From sequence record SRR22947725_2200: a DNA stretch of 34,067 nt; one strand, given 5' to 3'. The number at the start of each line of letters is the position of its first letter. Position 1 is the stretch's first letter. Shown here piece by piece: positions 28,213 through 34,067 of the stretch. The notes under the pieces are model-generated. The model had not been told where the DNA came from. It saw only the letters and a program-made list of their open reading frames with translations, and made no database searches. A program made the translations under genes and the position numbers.

Positions 28213-29377
28213 AATTAAAATGGCTGTATCTAGATGGATTTATCATTAATAGAGCGGCAATAAAAAGTGCGATTGACGAAACAGATAAAGCAATACTGTA
28301 AGACTTAAATAAGTCAATCATTACACCACCAGAATAAGGCCCAATCATTTGTCCTATACTAAACGAGGACGTTAATATTGCCGTTGAAACTCTTATCGAA
28401 CCGCTATATCTAGATTGGCCTTCTAAAAATGCGAGTGCAGTAATAGGAATAAAGGTTGAGCCTAGTAAAATAGAAGCTAAAATAATACCAAAGTTATTTT
28501 CATATATAACGGGCATAAATATACCTATTCCCATAATAAGGCAGGCCAAGAAAAGAGCTAGATCATTACCAATTTTTGTGCCAAACCACGGCCAAAAAAT
28601 AACCATTGGTATGCCTGTAAGCCCAACTAAAAACCAAACATAAAACTCTGTTGTCTCAAGTCCTGTAGTTTCTCTTGCCATTGTGGATATAAACGTCCCT
28701 AAAATTACATAACCAAATCCGTAGAGACCATATGAGACAGTAATTAAAGAAAATCCAAAAGTACTAGTGGATTTTGATATTTTGTTGGGTGTACTCAAGA
28801 TTATTTCATTTGGTGTATATATAAAAATAGGAATAGCAAGAATTAATGATAAAATGGAAACACCAATCCATAATTCGTTCCAAATAAATCCTAAACTTCC
28901 CAAAATAGAAATTAATATTGAGGAAAAAACTATTCCAAAACCTACGCCCATAAAATGTGAAGTACTTAATGATTTTTTTCCAAAGGCTTGAATAGAAGGA
29001 AGAATTAAAGCCGTTCCAAAAATTAACACAAATGCACTAGAGACACCTGCTAGAAATCGATTTAAAATAAATATGATTATTTCATTATTAAAAGCCATTA
29101 ACAAAGTTGTTAATAGTGAGATTATAACTGCAGTTAAAAAGAAAAGTTTTACTCTGTTCTTAAATATAGGCAGAATGGTAATGAGAGAACCAAACAAATA
29201 ACCAAAAAAGTTCCAAGAAGCAATTAATCCACCATTGGTTTTACTTAAATTTAACTCTTCCAACATATAAGGTAAAATTGGAGTGTAGCTAAACCTACCT
29301 ATCCCAATGGCTATTGCAAGTGCAGCTGCTCCAGTTGCAATCAAAGTAAAGAGCTTCCAATTGTGATTTTTTGACAA
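28196..29377 (-). CDS. MFS transporter (YbfB/YjiJ-like)
   Basis: IGIGRFSYTPILP.M, N..GYL.G, RFLAG..SA, GVG.GI, YG.GYVI..TF, GQMIGP. Confidence 0.88.
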   Translation of the reverse strand: MSKNHNWKLFTLIATGAAALAIAIGIGRFSYTPILPYMLEELNLSKTNGGLIASWNFFGYLFGSLITILPIFKNRVKLFFLTAVIISLLTTLLMAFNNEIIIFILNRFLAGVSSAFVLIFGTALILPSIQAFGKKSLSTSHFMGVGFGIVFSSILISILGSLGFIWNELWIGVSILSLILAIPIFIYTPNEIILSTPNKISKSTSTFGFSLITVSYGLYGFGYVILGTFISTMARETTGLETTEFYVWFLVGLTGIPMVIFWPWFGTKIGNDLALFLACLIMGIGIFMPVIYENNFGIILASILLGSTFIPITALAFLEGQSRYSGSIRVSTAILTSSFSIGQMIGPYSGGVMIDLFKSYSIALSVSSIALFIAALLMINPSRYSHFNFKKFP

Positions 29378-29473
29378 AATATATTTCTTTACTTTAGTTA
29401 GTTTAAAATAACTTGTAATGGTGTTTTATTATTCAGTATTTTTTTAAACAATCAAATTAAATTAGTTTATTTA

Positions 29474-29503
29474 TTGACCAAAAATATATAGTTGTTTCAT
29501 ACT
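29474..29503 (+). promoter_or_regulatory. Possible sigma70 promoter of the enoyl-CoA hydratase gene (TTGACC-N18-CATACT)
   Basis: Visual match only, in an AT-rich divergent intergenic region. Confidence 0.35.
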
Positions 29504-29536
29504 TAACACATAGGCAGTTAAAATTAAGGTTGTGCA

Positions 29537-30313
29537 ATGAAAAATTTTTTTAAAATCTCAAATGTCTCTAATCATGTGGTTAAAGTCGAATTAAGTAACG
29601 GTAAAAAGCATAATCCATTATCTTTAGAATTAATTAAAGCTTTAACAAACTCTTTAAAAGAGGTTTCTTCACAAGAAAATGTAAAAGTTTTAATAATATC
29701 CTCTGAAGGCCCAGGCTTTTCAGCTGGGCACGATTTAGAAGAGCTAAGGCAGAACAAAAATAACAAAGAGTTTTTTCAAAATTTATTTAATGAATGTTCT
29801 AATTTAATGCAAACAATAATGCATTTATCACAACCAGTAATAGCAGAAGTATGCGGAATTGCAGCAGCTGCAGGTTGCCAATTAGTAGCTAGTTGTGATT
29901 TAGCTGTAGCATCGGAAAATGCCAGTTTTATGACGCCTGGTGTAAACATTGGATTGTTTTGTTCAACGCCAATGGTGGCTGTTTCAAGAAATATTAGTCG
30001 AAAGAAAATTATGGAAATGCTTTTAACAGGTGAAAGCATGAGTGCAAAAGATGCAGTAGACTATGGATTAATAAATCACTGTGTGCCTGTTGACCAACTT
30101 CAAGATAAGACTATGAGTTTAGCAAATTTAATAGCATCTAAACCTATTTCAACAGTAAAAATTGGTAAAGAAGCTTTTTACAAGCAAGTAGAGATGCCTA
30201 TATCTGAAGCCTACAACTATACATCAGAAGTTATGGCAAAGAATATGTTGGAGTTAGACGCTCATGAAGGTATTAGTGCTTTTTTAGAAAAAAGACTACC
30301 TGAGTGGAATTAA
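29537..30313 (+). CDS. Enoyl-CoA hydratase/crotonase family protein (ECHDC3-like)
   Basis: FSAGHDL.E, PVIAEV.G.A.AAGCQLVASCDLA, TPGVNIGLFCSTP, MEMLLTG, EGISAFLEKR.P.W. Confidence 0.92.
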   Translation: MKNFFKISNVSNHVVKVELSNGKKHNPLSLELIKALTNSLKEVSSQENVKVLIISSEGPGFSAGHDLEELRQNKNNKEFFQNLFNECSNLMQTIMHLSQPVIAEVCGIAAAAGCQLVASCDLAVASENASFMTPGVNIGLFCSTPMVAVSRNISRKKIMEMLLTGESMSAKDAVDYGLINHCVPVDQLQDKTMSLANLIASKPISTVKIGKEAFYKQVEMPISEAYNYTSEVMAKNMLELDAHEGISAFLEKRLPEWN

Positions 30314-30316
30314 TAC

Positions 30317-30775
30317 TTAGATTTTAAGATCAAGTCTCGGTTTCCAAAAAGGTCGAAAAAGTTCAATCTTTGGACACCGGTTCATAACAACCTTTAAACC
30401 GGCCTCCTCAGCAAGCTTAGCCGCATCATGGTCAATAACTCCAATTTGTGCCCATAGAACTTTAGCGTTGATAGCTATTGCTTCCTCAGTAATTTTATAT
30501 AAGTCCTCAGATTTCCGAAAAACTTCAACCATGTCTACAGGTCTATCAATAGCTTTTAAACTTGGATAAACTCTTAGATTTCTAATTTCTTGAAGGTTTG
30601 GTCGTGGATTGACGGGTATCATGTCATAGCCAGTTTCACTCAAAACACGAAGTACCCCATAACTAAATTTTGTTTTGTCAGGACTTGCTCCAACCATCGC
30701 AATAGTTTTAATTGAGCTAAGGATATCTTGCAAATATTCATCATCGTAAGGTTCGTTATGATTCATAAATATCAT
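30317..30775 (-). CDS. CoA-binding protein (YccU-like)
   Basis: KTIAMVGAS, PVNP, VDMVEVFR, LWAQIGV, AGLKVVMNRCPKIE. The start is either ATG 30775 (ATGA overlap with the ferredoxin stop) or ATG 30766 (9 nt after AAGGA). Confidence 0.92.
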   Translation of the reverse strand: MIFMNHNEPYDDEYLQDILSSIKTIAMVGASPDKTKFSYGVLRVLSETGYDMIPVNPRPNLQEIRNLRVYPSLKAIDRPVDMVEVFRKSEDLYKITEEAIAINAKVLWAQIGVIDHDAAKLAEEAGLKVVMNRCPKIELFRPFWKPRLDLKI

Positions 30776-31137
30776 TCCTTAATATCCTTTCTTGTTGCAA
30801 TATTAGCTTTTAATTCATGAGAAGCAAGAGGATCTATAAAAGGATTACGATAAAGCTTGTCATGACTTTCAACCCCAATCTCAAAAGTACAATCAGTTTT
30901 AGCACGAGCAACACATAAAATTACATAACCATCATTTATTTGCCTATTATTTAGAGCAACTTGAGCTCGTTGATCAACTTTGCCTTCGATAAGCTTGGCA
31001 GCGCACGTTATACACCCGCCATACTGACATCCGTAAGGTAGATCAAGTCCTAGTTCACGTAATTCGTGGAGTAAGGGCTTTGACCCTTTAACTTTAAAAA
31101 AACTATTACCGCGATTAGCAATTATAATTTTATTCAT
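30772..31137 (-). CDS. Plant-type [2Fe-2S] ferredoxin
   Basis: LPYGCQYGGCITCAAKL...GYVILCVA (Cx4Cx2C...C). ATG 31137 overlaps the SBP56 stop (ATGA). Confidence 0.92.
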   Translation of the reverse strand: MNKIIIANRGNSFFKVKGSKPLLHELRELGLDLPYGCQYGGCITCAAKLIEGKVDQRAQVALNNRQINDGYVILCVARAKTDCTFEIGVESHDKLYRNPFIDPLASHELKANIATRKDIKE

Positions 31138-32489
31138 AACCAAATATCACTTGTACAATCACCTCCTGGGTAACGGCTTTCATGACATCGACTAGGTCCA
31201 TTGGGTTCTTTTCCAAAATCAACAACGAATTCTTCATTAATTTTCATACCACCATTTTCTACATCACAATCAATCATAAGCATAACGCCACCTTGGGTAC
31301 GAATATCTGGATAAAATTGATTATCCCACGTTGAAAAAAGAGATGTGGTTACGTACATTCTCTTACCATCCAGGGATAATTGATACATTTGTGGTCCACC
31401 TGCAATTTTAACTCCATTTACAACAGGTGCTTTGTCTAAAAGACCTCCCATCCAAATTTGCCCAGTTAGAACAGGTTTATGAGGATCAGAAATATTATAT
31501 TGACGCATATCACCATGCAACCAATTATTTATATAGAGATATTTATCGTCCATTGAAACTAATATAGCCGACATTACACCAGGTATTGGAATCGGCCAGT
31601 CTGAGTGTGGTTCATTGTCGACGTCAATGATTTTTTCCCACTCCCATTTACCTTCTTTAGATTTCCAGAAATGAATTACATTTGTACTAAGAGCAGCTCC
31701 ACAAAATCCATGGCTACTATTGGGATCATGTAAAAACTTGACTTCAAGTGGTATAAGTCCATCTTCACCTAAATACATTGTTTCAATTGGTTTTTTCTTT
31801 TCAAAATCCCAAATATGTAATCGGCGTCCATATTTTAAGTGTCCAACTTCTTCAAGATCAAATCCTGGCATAAAAGTATTTGGTGCTGCCCATTCAGAAC
31901 TAATCATAACATTATGGCGTGGTTGATACCAAAAGTCATAACTAAAAGGAATGTCTCCCATAGAGTTTTCCCAACGACCTTGAATTTCAAAATCTTTATT
32001 TAGATGCAAATACCCACCTGGAGCTTCTCCTCTAGCGTCACCTAGAAAAGAAATAATAATGTCAGACCCTAAACAATGAACTGTGTGGGGTCCTGAGAGA
32101 TTTGTTTTGGATTTAATTTCAGATCCATCAATTATTTTATAAATACTAGGTGATAAAGGATTAGTTGCAGTATCAACAACATATATATTATTAGAACGTA
32201 CTCCTGGTACTAATAAGTATTTTCGACTCATTTTTTCGTCACTATGACATGACGAACATGCATTCCAACCCATATGATGCAGTTCATCGCCAATTCCAGG
32301 CATTTCAAGTCTATGAATAACTTTTGAATAATTTTTGCTATCTGGATCTAAATCAATAGTTGCAAGATAGTCAGGTTTTTGAATTCCAGTCCCAGTATAA
32401 ATAGCTATTGTATATAATAACTTTTCTCTTGGCGCTTGAATAGCTTTAGAAGGGCTAGCATAACCTGGGCCACAACATAATCCGTCCAT
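31134..32489 (-). CDS. Selenium-binding protein SBP56 family (SELENBP1-type, putative methanethiol oxidase)
   Basis: CGPGYASP..A...PREKLLY, PDYLAT.D.DP, DELHHMGWNACSSC, PHTVHCL, YDFWYQPRHNVMISSEW, LIPLEV.FLH, NWLHGD.RQY, GGPQM.QLSLDGKR.YVT.SL, RYPGGDCTSDIW; GAGGAG Shine-Dalgarno; no signal peptide. Confidence 0.95.
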   Translation of the reverse strand: MDGLCCGPGYASPSKAIQAPREKLLYTIAIYTGTGIQKPDYLATIDLDPDSKNYSKVIHRLEMPGIGDELHHMGWNACSSCHSDEKMSRKYLLVPGVRSNNIYVVDTATNPLSPSIYKIIDGSEIKSKTNLSGPHTVHCLGSDIIISFLGDARGEAPGGYLHLNKDFEIQGRWENSMGDIPFSYDFWYQPRHNVMISSEWAAPNTFMPGFDLEEVGHLKYGRRLHIWDFEKKKPIETMYLGEDGLIPLEVKFLHDPNSSHGFCGAALSTNVIHFWKSKEGKWEWEKIIDVDNEPHSDWPIPIPGVMSAILVSMDDKYLYINNWLHGDMRQYNISDPHKPVLTGQIWMGGLLDKAPVVNGVKIAGGPQMYQLSLDGKRMYVTTSLFSTWDNQFYPDIRTQGGVMLMIDCDVENGGMKINEEFVVDFGKEPNGPSRCHESRYPGGDCTSDIWL

Positions 32490-32618
32490 GATTAGACTCC
32501 TCTAAATTAATATACACTATTTTTATATAATTATAAATTAGGTATAACAAGTTCAAAGTAAGCTGACTATTTCTGGAAGTAATTTAATATTTATAAAGCT
32601 AATAAGTAAGCATTTATG

Positions 32619-34067
32619 TTATATTGTTGATAAAGCCCCTTCTAAATCAGCAATAATATCTTTATGACTTTCTAATCCAATTGATAAACGAATAATAGAA
32701 TCACCGACTCCTGATTTTTCTTTTTGTTCGTTATTTAGTTGTCTATGTGTTGTTGATGCAGGATGTACAATCAATGATCTTGTATCACCTATATTTGCAA
32801 GATGAGATATTAAGTTACAATTTTCTACTAATTGCATAGCTCCTTCATATCCACTTTTTAAAGAGAATGTAAAAACTGATCCAAATCCGTCCTTAAAGTA
32901 TTTTTTAGCTAACTCATGATAAATATTTTCTTTAAAGCCTGCCCAAGAAACGTAATTAACCTTTGAATGATTTTTAAGAAAATTAGCAACTAATTCAGCA
33001 TTTTTCATGTGTTGCTTCATCCTTAATGGAAGAGTTTCTAAACCAATTAGCGTTAAATACGCATTTAAGGGAGCCATTGTTGATCCTAAATCTCTTAGTA
33101 CACTTGCATGGCAATAATTTATAAATGCATGGTTTCCAAAGCTTTCGTAAAAATTAATATCATGATAAGAAGAATCAGGGGTTGTTAATTTTGAAAAAGC
33201 TCTACCCTTATCCCAAGGGAAGTTTCCCATATCTACAACAGCGCCACCCATTGCATTTCCATGTCCTGATAAAAACTTTGTTGTTGAGTAAACAATTAAA
33301 TCAGCGCCAAATTTTCCAGGTTGACATAAAATTTGTGTTGCCATTGTGTTATCAATTACAAGTGGAATACCAGCTTCATGCGCTATTTCTGCCAGAGATG
33401 ATATATCGGTTATATTCCCGTCGGGGTTGGCTAAACTTTCAGCAAATAAAACTTTTACAGAAGTATCTTTAACAGCATTCTTAACAGCATCTAAATCAGA
33501 CACATCAACTAAATCGGCGTTCCAAGAAAAATTTTTAAAAGTTTTAGTAAATTGAGTAATAGAACCACCATATAATTTAGAACTAGCAATTAGTTTTGCT
33601 CCAGGCTCCATTAGAGGAAATAGCGCTAACATTTGTGCAGCATGTCCAGATGCAGCGCAGCACGCACCTAATCCATTATCTAAAGCAGCAATTCTTTGTT
33701 CTAGAGCAGAAATTGTAGGGTTAGATAATCGTGCATAGATATTACCTGGCTCTTGGAGGTTAAATAAACTTGCAGCATGATCTGTATCATCAAATGTAAA
33801 AGAAGTTGTTTGATAAATTGGAATACTTCTTGATCCAGTTGAGGCGTCAGGTCTTGTTCCCGCATGTATAGAAAGTGTTTCTAGTTCATTTGATTTTACA
33901 ATTCCTCCATTTCTTTTGGCATGTGGTGGGTTTTTCACAAAAGGTCTTTTTGAAGAAATTAATCGTGAATTAAAGCCGGCTAATCCAAGTGCACCAGATA
34001 ATCTTGAATGTTCCATTTTAGGGCATTTATCATAAATCACATTTATCTTTGCTTCTTTGCCTAAATT
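32619..34067 (-). CDS. metY: O-acetylhomoserine sulfhydrylase (aminocarboxypropyltransferase) with an N-terminal CoA-binding-domain fusion; 5'-truncated by the window
   Basis: ETLSIHAG, PIYQTTSF, IYARLSNPT, ASGHAAQ, DNT, STTKFLSGHG (PLP Lys), LETLPLRM, HLANIGD.RSL.HPASTTH, IRLSIGLE. The frame is open to base 34067, and the upstream part resembles a YccU C-terminus. Confidence 0.9.
   Translation of the reverse strand, partial: NLGKEAKINVIYDKCPKMEHSRLSGALGLAGFNSRLISSKRPFVKNPPHAKRNGGIVKSNELETLSIHAGTRPDASTGSRSIPIYQTTSFTFDDTDHAASLFNLQEPGNIYARLSNPTISALEQRIAALDNGLGACCAASGHAAQMLALFPLMEPGAKLIASSKLYGGSITQFTKTFKNFSWNADLVDVSDLDAVKNAVKDTSVKVLFAESLANPDGNITDISSLAEIAHEAGIPLVIDNTMATQILCQPGKFGADLIVYSTTKFLSGHGNAMGGAVVDMGNFPWDKGRAFSKLTTPDSSYHDINFYESFGNHAFINYCHASVLRDLGSTMAPLNAYLTLIGLETLPLRMKQHMKNAELVANFLKNHSKVNYVSWAGFKENIYHELAKKYFKDGFGSVFTFSLKSGYEGAMQLVENCNLISHLANIGDTRSLIVHPASTTHRQLNNEQKEKSGVGDSIIRLSIGLESHKDIIADLEGALSTI

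Noticed and set aside
31134-31136. Selenocysteine read-through of the SBP56 TGA
   Set aside because: The TGA falls at the family's normal C-terminus (SDIWL) and forms an ATGA overlap with the next gene.
32510-32519. ATATACACTA upstream of SBP56, matching part of the MarR operator
   Set aside because: Only a partial, non-palindromic 10-mer. A chance match is plausible in 34 kb of very AT-rich DNA.
33900-34067. SAM-II/SAM-V riboswitch expected upstream of metY in marine alphaproteobacteria
   Set aside because: The region is an open reading frame with a recognisable CoA-binding-protein C-terminus and no riboswitch consensus was seen. Any leader would lie outside the window.

Overview
Very AT-rich, gene-dense window, most likely from a streamlined marine alphaproteobacterium (inferred from GapR/DUF2312, DUF1244, MntR and tiny intergenic spaces; the lineage cannot be fixed from sequence alone). 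Bases 1-8955 are the end of a surface-polysaccharide/O-antigen island: methyltransferase, Wzx, two GT4, AsnB-like amidotransferase, initiating phosphoglycosyl transferase and a CapD/PglF-like dehydratase. The middle is housekeeping and metabolic: NlpC/P60, T7-lysozyme-like amidase, manC, pyrC, FMN reductase, phhB, acetoacetate-CoA ligase, MarR/MFS, queF, pyrF, gapR, mntR, GT39, sufE, two RNA methyltransferases, GT2 and a haloacid dehalogenase. The right end holds two candidate systems. (1) An Lva/ACAD10-11-like module (acyl-CoA dehydrogenase with Asp base, SDR, APH kinase), suggesting 4-hydroxy/4-oxo-acid catabolism. (2) A sulfur cluster in which a signal-peptide-less SELENBP1-type SBP56 protein (methanethiol oxidase family) is translationally coupled to a [2Fe-2S] ferredoxin and a CoA-binding protein. 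It lies downstream of an O-acetylhomoserine sulfhydrylase that appears to be fused to a second CoA-binding domain, with the frame open to the window edge. Also seen: a probable ATA start or -1 slippage site at the wzx/GT4 junction, and palindromic operators in front of mntR and marR. No rRNA, tRNA, CRISPR array, IS element or prophage was recognised. Family assignments come from motif recognition, not database searches.
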